Source: Chlorokybus atmophyticus (lineage: Eukaryota > Plantae > Mesostigma and Chlorokybus algae). Taken from it: DNA of 64,000 nt. The stretch covers positions 1 through 64,000 of the forward strand of contig RHPI01001819.1 of assembly GCA_009103225.1 (NCBI GenBank). Direction: 5' to 3'. A program made the position numbers and the translations under genes. Positions 38,560 to 49,369 of this stretch are shown piece by piece. Every line of letters starts with the position of its first letter. The stretch's first letter is position 1. A model generated the notes under the pieces. That model worked only from the letters and a program-made list of their open reading frames with translations, did not search any database and was not told the DNA's origin.

Positions 38560-39760
38560 TTGTCCTTGAGACGTTTGCCGTCGTTGCCGAGTAAGTTCAG
38601 AAGGGAGCACCTTTAGGACTTTGTAGATGACGCGTTTGACACTGATGTCAAGGGTGTCTTTGGTCTGGGTCATACGGTAAACGTAGTTGCCCGCCTCGAA
38701 GCGGCGGCTGCGCTGCTTGTAGAACCCACTGCGGACGCGTTGGTAGCGCAGTGTGTCCCGGTGCTGAGCAATGCGGAGGTTGCCCTTGGCCATGGGGATG
38801 ACGTGCGCGAACAGGTAGGCGCGCTGCTGCATTTCGTGCAGCATAGCCACAGGGTCGTCGAGGTTGTCCAGCACGCGTTCCTCTTCCTTTTGAGCGCGGA
38901 AGGGGAGTAAGGGTTCCCTGCCAATCAGCAGCTGGTATAGGCTGTACATGCGCAAGGAAGCCTGTTTGGAAAGCCGATAGCCTAGTGCCATCCAGGGGAG
39001 GTAGTCATCCCAGGTGCGTTTCTCGTGGTCGATGACGTACTTGCGCAAGGCCTTCTTTACGGTCTGAACGATACGCTCCGCCAGTCCATCTGCCTGCGGA
39101 TGGTCACGAGAGGTCCGCCGGTTGTCAATGTAGGAGCGATCCAGCAAGGTGTCGAACTCGCCGCGGAATTCTGCCCCTTGGTCGGTAATGACTTCAGCAC
39201 ATGAGCCGAAGCGACTGAGCACATGGTCGAGGAACGCCTGAGCGGTTCCCCTGCTGCTTTTGTTGGGAAGGGGGACCAGCTCAACCCACTTGGAGAAGTG
39301 TTCGATTATGACGAGGATGTACTTGTTGCCACGAGCTGAGGGTGCCAAATCTCCAAGGATGTCCAGGCCCCACCGGTAGAACATGCCGGCTATAGGCAGC
39401 GGATGAAGCGTGCTGGTACGGATGTTGAGGCTGGCACGCACAAGGTCGCAATGCGCGCAGCTTGCGACAAGAGTGCGAACCTGGGTGTGCATGCCATGCC
39501 ACCAGTATTGGGCACTCACCAAGCTGACGGTGCGCTGAACACCGAAATGACCCAGCTCCGTGTGGAGTGCAGAGATGATGCCCTCGCGACGGTGCAGCGC
39601 CATAACCTCTTTGTTATGGATGTGGACACGCCAAACGACGAGTCCATTCTCCCATCGGTGGTTCTGGCAGCGCTGACTGACGCGGTCCCGTTCACGCGCG
39701 CTCAGTCCTGCCATATGCTGTCCATGCTGTAGGTAGGCCATGGAGTTCTTGTCCAGCCAG
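38560..39760 (-). pseudogene. pol: Integrase (Gypsy 2)
   Basis: HTELGHFG...WWHGM...CAHC zinc-binding domain; WGLDILG, ITDQGAEF, DGLAERIVQT (D,D35E). Confidence 0.96.
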
Positions 39761-40039
39761 ATGTCTTGACGTAGATCCGCCGCTGGGAGGTGGGCATCAT
39801 CGAGTGTGGCCTGCTCAAATGTGTCATTGTCGACAGGGATGAGCGCTGGCATATCATCCGATACTGGCATCGTCGGAGCTGCTCCTGTGATGGTGTCTCG
39901 TCCCGAGCGTAGCGCAGCGACGGCAAGCATGGTGGCCACCCGTGGTGGTGGTGCCATTGGACCCAAGTCATGGCGGGCACCGGTGGCGTCGTTGGTGGAG
40001 AGGTGGGGGTTGCGGCTGAGGCCATCCGCGTCCTACTTG

Positions 40040-40600
40040 GCCAAGCTTGCCCGATGGGTGATCTCGAAGTCGTACTCCTGTAGCAGCAAGGCCCACCTGG
40101 CCAACTTGCCCGTAAGGTGTTGATTGGTCATGAGCCAGCGCAACGGCTAGTGGTCGGTGATTAGCGAAAATTGTCTCCCGAATATGAAGGGTCTAAAGAA
40201 AGAGATGGCCCATATAGCGGCAAGGCACTCGCCCTCGTAACTGCTGTAGTTGGCTTTAGCGCTGTTGTTGTTGCGGCTGGCGTAGGACACCACCCGTTCC
40301 TTCTTGTTATCGTCGAGCTGGACCAAGACAGCACCCATGCCGAGTTTGCTCCAGTTGGTGTGGAGAACAAAGGGCTTGGTGTAGTCTGGTCGCTGCAGAA
40401 TGGGGGCTGATGTGAGCCTGTGCTTCAGCTCCTCGAAAGCCTGTTGCTGGGCCTCCTTCCAGCTCCACGCTCTCTCTTTCTTAAGGAGTTCGTTGAGGGG
40501 GCGCGCCACCTTAGCGAAGTCTTTGACGAACCTCCTGTAGTAGTTGGCGAGGCTAAGGAAGGCACGCAGGTGAGTCAATCTGTTGGTGCTGGAATAGATG
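40040..40600 (-). pseudogene. pol: RNase H (Gypsy 2)
   Basis: PILQRPDYTKPFVLHTNWSKLGMGAVL...YSSYEGECLAAIWAI...FSLITDH. Confidence 0.95.
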
Positions 40601-40619
40601 CCAGAGCCTCCACCTTGGC

Positions 40620-41290
40620 CTACTGAACGTATACGCCGTTGGGCACGATCATGTGGCCGAGGTAGGGGATCTTGTGGGTGAAGAAAGTGCACTTGTCGGG
40701 GTGCACAGTCATCCCTACTGCCTGACCTCTCCCTAGTACCTCCTCGATGTGCAGGAGATGCTCTTCTGCGGTGTGGCTAAAGATCAGGATGTCGTCGATG
40801 TAGCACCGCGCGAAGGAGCACCCCTTCAGCCCGAAAGGCATGACCTTCCAGTGGTACAGCTGCCGGTTGCCCCAAAATGCCGTTTTTTGCTTGTCTTCGG
40901 GCTTGATCTCGATCTGGTTGTACCCCTGCCGCATGTCCAGAATGTTAAACACGGTACACGAGCCGACGTCGTCGAAGATGCCCTCTGCGATTAGCATTGG
41001 GTACCGATCCTGCTTGGTTTTGTTGTTGAGTGGGCGATAATCCCCACACATCCGCCATTATGTCCAGTTGCCCTCTGAGTCCTTCTTGAGGGGCATGACT
41101 GTAGCGGCAGCGAAGTCGGACGTGGATTCCTCAATGAGTCCCGCCTCCAGCAATGCCTTGCATCGCTGTTCCACCAAATCTTCCTCCAACTTGGACATCG
41201 GTTTTTCGTCGACGAGGTCGATGTTCATCTGGTACACTGAACACTTGCCCAGCTCCTTGACGTTGAAACTGAACTGAGCTCTCCATTTGT
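40620..41290 (-). pseudogene. pol: Reverse transcriptase (Gypsy 2)
   Basis: MCGDYRPLN, LDMRQGYNQI, MPFGLK, CYIDDILI; an in-frame deletion lies between PFGLK and YIDD, and there are stop codons. Confidence 0.95.
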
Positions 41291-41529
41291 TGAGGAGCGC
41301 CTCCAACTGTTCCTTCACAGGTGCTGTAGCCAAGGGTCCCATGGCGTGATCCCATGACGTGGCGGTTGCCTTCAAAGGGATGTCCTCCACTGTGACTGCT
41401 GCCTGCTCCTCCATATGAGCGATCTCCAGGGCGGTGTGGGCCACGACAGCGTCGGAGCGATTGACCCACCCCCCAGACAGGTGTTCGAGATCGTTGAGAG
41501 ACACCTGTCGGTGTTGAATGGCAAAGCAG

Positions 41530-42500
41530 ATTTTCAATAGCCACACCATACTGTTTTGGTCCATGGCGCGACCTAGGAGTTGCCTCTGTTGACTGTCGGT
41601 TAGCGCGCAGCTTGTGATGCTGCTCGGAAAGAAACCCATGGCGCGTTCGCGGTCACGTGCGTTGGGCTCTTCCAGTTGGTTCGGTGTGCGACCAAAGACC
41701 ATGCCGTCCCCGCCATCTCGGGAAGCATAAGAGCCTGGATATGAGACCAGCGTGGGGAGTGCTCTGCGTGGTTCGCCCGGTTGGTTGCACTGATGGAAGT
41801 GGGCGTGGTCGTGGCGAGAGACTGGTTGCGATGATCTGCCAGCGTCGAGGATGTCATCCATGAACAAGTTGCTGGGACGTACAAACTGAGTAGATGCTCC
41901 GCGGCTGTCAGCTCTTCCACGGCGGCAAGGTTGGTTCACTTGGCACGGACACGATGTGCACGTGACCCATGCCGAGCAGCATTCATTTTTGTTGGATGTC
42001 CAAGGATGGAGCATACCACACGATAGCTGTGCTGCACGTGGTAATGGCGATCATCCTCAGAGTGGACGTTCTCGATGATGTATGCCAGGGCAAGTTGAAT
42101 TTGGCGGTGCTGCAGCAGGTGGATGACTCGCAGCAGCTCTCAGAAAAGGGTGGAGCGTGGGTGGGGTCGTCCAACCCCTGTCCTGTGCCGGCCCTGGAGT
42201 GACCTTGGCACTCCCATCCAGCAATCAACAGATCCACATTGCCCAAGGCAATGAGATGATCAGCTAAGATGAGGCGGATATCTTGAGGCAGCGCCTTAAG
42301 ACTTCCACGCAATGCAGACAACGGTAGGAGGTGTGGATAACGCAAGTGCAACTGACACAAATGATGGTGGACAGCAGTCTGAGCATGCGGATCGAGGTCA
42401 CAGTAGTAATACTGTGTTACCTTGATACCGGTGTTGAGGAGTGCCGCCAAGCCGCTGCCAATCTTGCCGAACAGTTCTAGCAACGTGGCTCCTTGTTGGC
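41530..42500 (-). pseudogene. C5 cytosine DNA methyltransferase domain inside the Gypsy polyprotein
   Basis: Motif I LLELFGKIGSG (~42452-42485); IV DLLIAGWECQGHSRAG (~42197-42240); VI YIIENV (~42065-42086); VIII NAARHGSRAHRVR; IX/X ERAMGF...LLGRAM; broken by frameshifts. Confidence 0.92.
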
Positions 42501-42759
42501 GTCGTGCCGCACTGAAGTCCATGACTCCGGTGGCCACGATGAATTGCTCCGCAAGTGGGACGTGGTAATCCAGGAAGCGTGTGGGAAAGGGCTTCTTGTC
42601 TAGCAACACGCGCGCGTCTACCTCTGGTCTCCAGCGCCGTTCTGTTGGGTCTTGCAAGGCTACCTCTTGGGTTGATGTGTCCTGCGTGTCGGAGTAGGGC
42701 ATGAGGGATGTGGCACAGCTGTAGCGGTGGCTCCCACGAGCCGGCGTGCACGTGTGGGC

Positions 42760-43200
42760 AACACCAGGTCGAGGGGGATGAACCCGATGACAGAACCATC
42801 TTCGCCGCGCCAGCCGGGCCTGAACCCTGCTTGCTCGGTCCAGTTGTCCATGCCAATGGCTACGGGGTAACTGAAGTCCTGCCCGATCAACAAACCATAG
42901 CTGGTGGCATTGGTAACCACGCATTGCTGGGCCAGCTGAGTGGTGTGCGTGGGGTCCAGCCCAGTCAGGGTGATGGTGAGGACTTCCTTGGTGATGCCAA
43001 TAGGGCTTTCGCGTCCTCCCATGGCGGTGTCAATCTCGAAAGGGCAGCTGTCCAGCGACGCTGCCGTGAGCCCCAAGGCTTTGGCTAAGTGTGTGCCAAT
43101 GATACATGGTTGTGCCCCTCCATCCAACATGACGCGTTTGGGTGCGCGTCCGTTGATTTGCACATGCTTGCCCTGGTTGGCAACCACGGCGTTGGCGTTG
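42760..43200 (-). pseudogene. Aspartic protease (Gypsy 2)
   Basis: VQINGRAPKRVMLDGGAQPCIIG...YGLLIGQDF. Confidence 0.85.
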
Positions 43201-44824
43201 AGCCGCGCGTGATTGTTGAGACGTCGAGGAACAGTGTTAGCTGTGGGGTGTTGCTCCAGGGTGCCAGACCTCAAGGCTGCCATGGCTCTTCTTTCTGCAG
43301 CAGGGGCGGTGCCCTATCCTTGTGCACTTCCTTGTCCGATTCCACCCCCCTGCCCTGGCCCTTGTCCGGGTTATGCCGGAGCCGGTGGTGGATTGCGACG
43401 AGGAGTTGGGTCCATACCAGGAGCTGCTGGTGGTGGTGGTGGAGGCACGCGTTCCATTGTTGTCACTGCCTCCCTGTTGGTTCAGTAGAGTGCTTGAGCG
43501 GCCTCCCGCACCAGCGTACCCTCCCATGTGGCTGAAGGGTGGTAACGCCAGTCGTCGAACTCTTCCACCTGAGGCATAGGCGTGAGGTAGACGGCGCGTA
43601 CCAGTTGCCTTCTTAAGGCGTCGCCAATGGTGGGTAGTCCAAGGATGCTCCGCATGTACGTATCCCACCGACCTCCGGTGATCCCGACGTCGATCACTGT
43701 CATGGCTCGCCCTCGCAGGGTGTCGGGCGAGTCGTGCTGTCGACATTGGTTGTCATGGACCTGAGCGATGCGCCGAAGCTGCCGTGTTGCCTCAATGCCT
43801 GGTAGATGCACGAGGGCGACCTCCATGGTGACTCTGTCACGAATGTCGTAGGGACGCAGCTGGTCCACCACTTGGTCGTAGGCTTGCCGTACAGAGCGCA
43901 TGAACGCACTCATATAATGCAGTCTCGATGGGAATGCGAACAGTGGAACTGCGGGGTGGTTGTTGATCAACCATGTGAGTACCTGAGCCCGTTCTCCCGT
44001 GGTTTACTGCAGTCGCAGCATCCCTCTGAATGCGACGCCCTCCGGGCCTTGTTGTTGCGACGTCCCCCGGATGGCTTCCTGCAGTAGCCGTGTCCGCAAC
44101 TGTTGCTCCCAGTATGTTTGTTGACCAGAGAGATGAGGGTGGGCTCCTTGCTGAAGATACCCTGCCTAGTTGACGCTGATTTGCTGGCCACGTATTGGTC
44201 ATAATGACGATGAGGGCGGCGGTTTCCCCCCTGAAATACCTGCTCAACGCCCTCGTTTGAGCAAGCCTAATGCGCTCCCTGTCCTCGTTGGGATACTGCG
44301 GCCTGTTCACCTAAATGTTGCCATATGCTTCAGCACGGGTGTCGTTGATGATGACTCCAGGTGGCGCTTCATCCATGTCTCGCTGGACATCTTCATAGTA
44401 GTCCCGCTCGCGGCGGCGGACCACCTGTTCTTGCTGCTTATGGAATTGGCGAGCCCGATTCAGTGCGTAAAAGCGACGGCATTGCTCACGCCATGAGCAC
44501 GTGTTCAGCTCAGGATCGTTGCCCAACGGGCGCGCAGCAAATGCTCCAAACAGTTGAACCATCTGTGGGTCCAAGTCGTCGAAGTGGTCCAGGTTGGATG
44601 GCTCTTGGTTGGGTGGTGCCAGCAAGACTGGGTGCTCTGGAGCCAACCGATGACGGTTGTACAGATCCCACATTATGGTGAAGGTCTCGTCAGTGATGCG
44701 AAGGGTGCGAAAGTCGTGACCCAGCTCCTGACGGTGGAGAGGGCCATCATCGACACCATATAGCAGAGCGTCCTCGTCAATGCGCCACATGAACTGATCA
44801 CCTCCTGCATAAGCCGAGGTGATA

Positions 44825-47102
44825 GGCATGCACACGGCTTGACGTTCAAGGACCATGCATGATCCTTCCATGGACCCCGCGGGCCATACATGGTCCGTCC
44901 CCGCGGACCACGAGTGTCTGGTCCGCGAGGGACGGACTGTCCATGGTCTTTTTGGGGCCCCCATACCTGGCGCGCAAACGCGGACCACACATGGTCCGTG
45001 CCGCACCTTGTATGGTGCGGCACGGACCAGTACTCTACGCTGGTTCCTGGATGCGGACCAGGAGCGGGCCCGCGGCTCAGCCGCCCGGCAGCCGCGCACC
45101 GTATATGGTCCGTGCCGCACCATGTATGGGGCGGCATGGACCAGCAATGTTGCTGGTTGGCGGCCCCTGCAAGGCGCGCTACACGTGTACCATGACTAAA
45201 GTATTGCTAGTACATGTATGATTGTACATAGGTACATTGTACATGGTGTGTATCATAAAAATGACAGGCCGCACCGACTGTCGCCACTTACCATAAAGTG
45301 GACAGTCGCAAATGGTCGGCGGCTGTCAATTTATATATTAACAGCCGGCTGTCCATGTACATTTTCACTTGACAGCCGCCGACCAGTTGCGGCTGTCCAC
45401 TTGTGGTCTATATATGCATATATATATACATATGTATATATATATGTGTGTGTGTGTGTGCATGTATTTAGGCTTAACGCATTTATAAGCAAATACTGTC
45501 GACGTATTGCGGCTGCAATTTGCAGCCGTGCAATTACTTCATATGTACAATTTCATGTACATACATCGTTGTAATTATATTGATGCGCGTACACATGTGC
45601 ATGTAGACCTTTCATATGCAAAATTGTATACATCGAAAGTAATGTATAACAACATATATATACATATAGAAAGTATTATAGTTATTTACAATAAAAGTAC
45701 TTTAAACAATTATATCAAATTTACATCCATGCGTAGCCCGTGTTTATTACATTACACATAGTTCGTTGGTAATTACATTATCATAATGTTCACAACCGTT
45801 AATATCATACCATGAATACATATGTTGATGATGTTCGTATGTTGCATTGCTAGGCGTAGTTTATGGTATGATTGATTTTAATAATTTGTATGAAACGAAA
45901 GCGCAAGCAATGTCAGATGTTATGACTTATAGCCTTACTTGTATAACCTCAGTAATGGCCTATAAAAGCCTCATGCGACCACAGAATCATCGACAGCTCG
46001 ATAAGGTACACTGGCTGCATTGACAGTCGCAATTTGGCTACTATCACTAAGCATTGTCACAATGACAGCCCCTAACAAGTCTACAAATTGTACTGGCGTA
46101 TTGACAACCGCCGAGTTCGCGGCTACCGATATGTAGTTTACCACCGTCCATGTAACTGGTACAGCCTATGAGTGCTACAATTGCATGGGCAGTGACAATC
46201 TCCGACTGTCCATCGGCAATTACTGCCGGCCGACAGTCGCCAAGCGGCTGTCGGCGCATGCAATAAACTATATGGTATAGGTTGCCATGCGACCCTACCG
46301 GTACGTGCACTTGTAGCTTGGTGGTTAGGGCGTCGTCTTTGATATGCTAAAGGTACTGGGTTCGAATCCGGCCGATGCGTGTGTTCTTAACTAATCATTC
46401 CACTAACGCCGCGGCCTCGTGCGCCGCAGGTTGGGCGTGACCGGTGCCGCCGGCAAAGATGTCTCAACGTTTAATGCATGTGCACTCATATTTACAATGT
46501 TCCATAATAAAATTTGGTTCATGGTTCGCTGGCCAGACCAGATATGATTGAAGTATTGTAATGATAAAATTTGGTCCCTGGTCCGATGGCCGGACCATAC
46601 CTGGTCCTGACGCAACAGTAATCGGCCGGACCTTAAGTGGTGTGTACCAAGGGACTATGGTACCATTCACGTGAAATTCAGACCATGAATGGTCCGACTG
46701 TCAATGAAACAAACCATGCAAGGTCCACCGATTTCAATTAGCAGGGGGAATCCCGGTCTGAGGGTACGGACCATTCATGGTCCAAAACTGTCAGGCGGTG
46801 TGCATGAATGGTCTAACTACATGTATCGACGAACATAAAACCGTATATGGTCCACCAATTTCACTAAGCAGAAAAAAATCTAGGTCTGGCGGCACGGACC
46901 ATTCATGGTCCTTAAACGTCAGGCGGTGTGTAGGCCGCGGCCGCCCTGGTTCGGTCAATCGGACCATGGCGTCCGACCTCATCAGGGGCCAAACCACGAA
47001 TGGTCCGGTCGCGCCGGTCCAGTCGCGGCACTGATACGCCACAGCATACCAGATGTGGTCTGCGGGCCGCGTAAGACTGGTCCGCGCGCAAAGAGCCCTG
47101 TG
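44825..47102 (-). mobile_element. Non-autonomous CACAG-ended DNA transposon inserted into the Gypsy 2 ORF
   Basis: ...AGAGCCCTGTG terminus at 47102; inverted GGACC-rich arms (44825-45190 vs 46560-46930); AT-rich core with GACAGCCG/CGGCTGTC repeats. The left terminus and TSD were not found. Confidence 0.7.
46307..46379 (+). ncRNA. tRNA-like (pseudo-tRNA or SINE-head) sequence
   Basis: 73 nt; TAGCTTGGTGG A-box-like motif and a perfect GGTTCGAATCC B-box at tRNA spacing; stems are imperfect and the isotype is undetermined. Confidence 0.5.
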
Positions 47103-47499
47103 GCCTCTGCTGTCGTGGCCGTTGAGGGCCCTGCTCCTGTGGCAGCCACGGTGGACGACGATGGTCCAGCCATGGTTATTTTCGAAGCACCGATACTGAG
47201 CTGGGCGGTAGCCACAGTACTAATGGGCTGCGCAGTTGTGTTGACAGCGGCGATGGTTGCTGCTAGTGAAGCTACTGCCGCCGACTCGGCAGCGAGGACG
47301 GCCGAGGTCGCAACGATGGTTGCCGCGAGCCCTTCGTCGACCGCACCGGCAGTTGCTGCCGTGGCCGCTTGCGTGGCAGTTGAGATGGTGGGATCCGCAA
47401 GTGCTGCCGCGGATGCAGACAATAATCCTGAGACCCCAATGGTGGCAGCTGATGACAATGCTGCGGTGGTCGCTGCTGTTGTTGCCGCTTGACTAGCAG

Positions 47500-49369
47500 A
47501 CCCAGCTGCCCCCTCTGTGGCGGATGGCCCGGCGTCTCGTCGGGCTCGCCGTAGTGGCTGTATGCGCGTGGGCGTGGCGACTGCCTTACGCTTGGCTGCC
47601 ATTGTTGCCCAGCGCGCCATGTAGCACGCGCGGTATTCATCCTCCTTGCCCTTCATCATCGCGTGAAGCTCATCCATCCGTGCTCTGAGGGCAGCAACCA
47701 CCTCTGTATCCCCTGCGACAGGCGCCTTGTGGGCGGCGTTGCCTGCCTTGGGTCCACTTTGGGTCCAGCTTGGTGGTTCTGTTTTTGTTTCGGAGGGTTG
47801 TTCTTCCCCCGATGGCCGTTGTTGGCTGGATCCTTGCCCTTGTTGCCGTTGTTGTTGCAACCGCTGCTGCCCTCGTAGCTGCCTGAGGGTCTTAGCTCAG
47901 GGTGCTTGGCGTAGCAGACTGCCTCCAAGTGTCCGTTCTTGTGGCAATGGTCGCACACCAGGTTCGCGTACTCCTCTGTGCAGTCCCTCTGATAGTGGCC
48001 GTGACGTCCACACCTGTGGCGAACGACAGGGGTAGGGAGTGCAGCGTGAGCTGACTTTGCAGGAGGTTTGGGTGTGCTGGTGGTGTAAGACTTGCGGTCA
48101 CGTCGGCTGGGGTCTGGAGCAGAGGCAGGAGCACGTGAAGGACCAGAGTTCATATCCAACACTGCTCTCATCCACACCTGGCGGTCATGGATGGCCTGGG
48201 CTGTTTTAAAGGCCTGAAGCAGCGAATACCCTTGTGATCGGGTATTGTTGAGAGCGTTGTCCACCGTCCTGTTCAGTGGGGGCTCTAGTTGGCTGACGAA
48301 CACCACGGCGGCAGCTTCATCGCTGAGGATTTTGTAGTTGGTGTCCTTCAGCAGCTTGACCATCCGGGTGTAAGTGCGCAGAGGGTCCTCCCCTGCTTTG
48401 CGCCTGAAGTGGCGCAACTCCTCCACCTTCTGACTGGTTTGTGGTGGAAATGTGCGCCGGAGCGCCAGGTACAAGTCCTGTAAAGGTGACGACGTGCGGT
48501 CCACCCTGACGATGAGCGCGGGTTCCCGCATGCTGACCGAGCCTGACGACAGACAACTGCCGGCAGCTGTATCTCGGGTCCCCTGAGTCCTTGTCTGAAC
48601 TGGAGTATCAGGTACGGGGGCACGTTGTCGTGCTTGTGCATACTCGTGCAGTTTGTTGCTCCGCCATTTGTCTGAACGCCAGAAGTTGCACCTGAGAATG
48701 GCGTGCTTGCTGCGCTGCCGCCAACTCGCGGTCGACCAATGCAGGATCAACTGCTGGTATGTCTGCTGCAGCTGTCAACCGTGCTGCGGCCAGAGCTTCA
48801 GTAAGAGTAGGGCCTTGCAATGGGGCAGCTGGAACAATAGGCGTGACAGGGACGCCAGGAGTTGATGTCTCCATGGGCAGAGCCCCGGTGCCGGCCAGAA
48901 CTCCGTACCCTCCAATCTCATGCTGTGCAGCAACTGACCTATACACCTCATGTGCCTCGTGGTCTAAGCAGGTTGCAGCCATGCAAGAAGACATAACATC
49001 TGACCAGTTGGGAGTCTTGATCGCATGGTAGCTCATCCCGGAGTCGAACTTGATGATTCATTCGTCCAGTGGTGTTGTGCCAGGACGTCCGAAGAAGGTA
49101 AGACCATGAGTGGAGCCGGATGCCTCCATGTCGTCGCTGTCGAGCTAATCAATGAAGCTTTCAACTCGATGATGAGACTGAGTATGTCTGGAACGGGGTG
49201 TTGGGGAAGACTGAGGGCTGTCGATGTTGTCGTCGCCCTCTCCTTCGCTGTACCGCCCGTAAGATAGGTTTGAGCCCAACCAGCTGTCGAAGTTGCTAAT
49301 GGTCTCCTCCGCAACAGGGGAAAGCCCGTAACGATGGGTGGACTCTCTGCCTACTGGGGACTCACTCAT
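47500..49369 (-). pseudogene. gag: Gag (Gypsy 2) with two zinc knuckles
   Basis: VEELRHFRRKAGED...; HRCGRHGHYQRDC and CDHCHKNGHLEAVC; frameshifted. Confidence 0.85.

Noticed and set aside
44825-47100. GGACC-rich repeats as a CRISPR array or as protein-coding ORFs
   Set aside because: Irregular spacing, inverted arms and a eukaryotic TE context; the ORFs are repeat translations
38670-49314. Numerous plus-strand and alternate-frame ORFs over the retroelement and over 61543-63905
   Set aside because: They are shadow ORFs antisense to or overlapping recognisable gag/pol frames in GC-rich sequence
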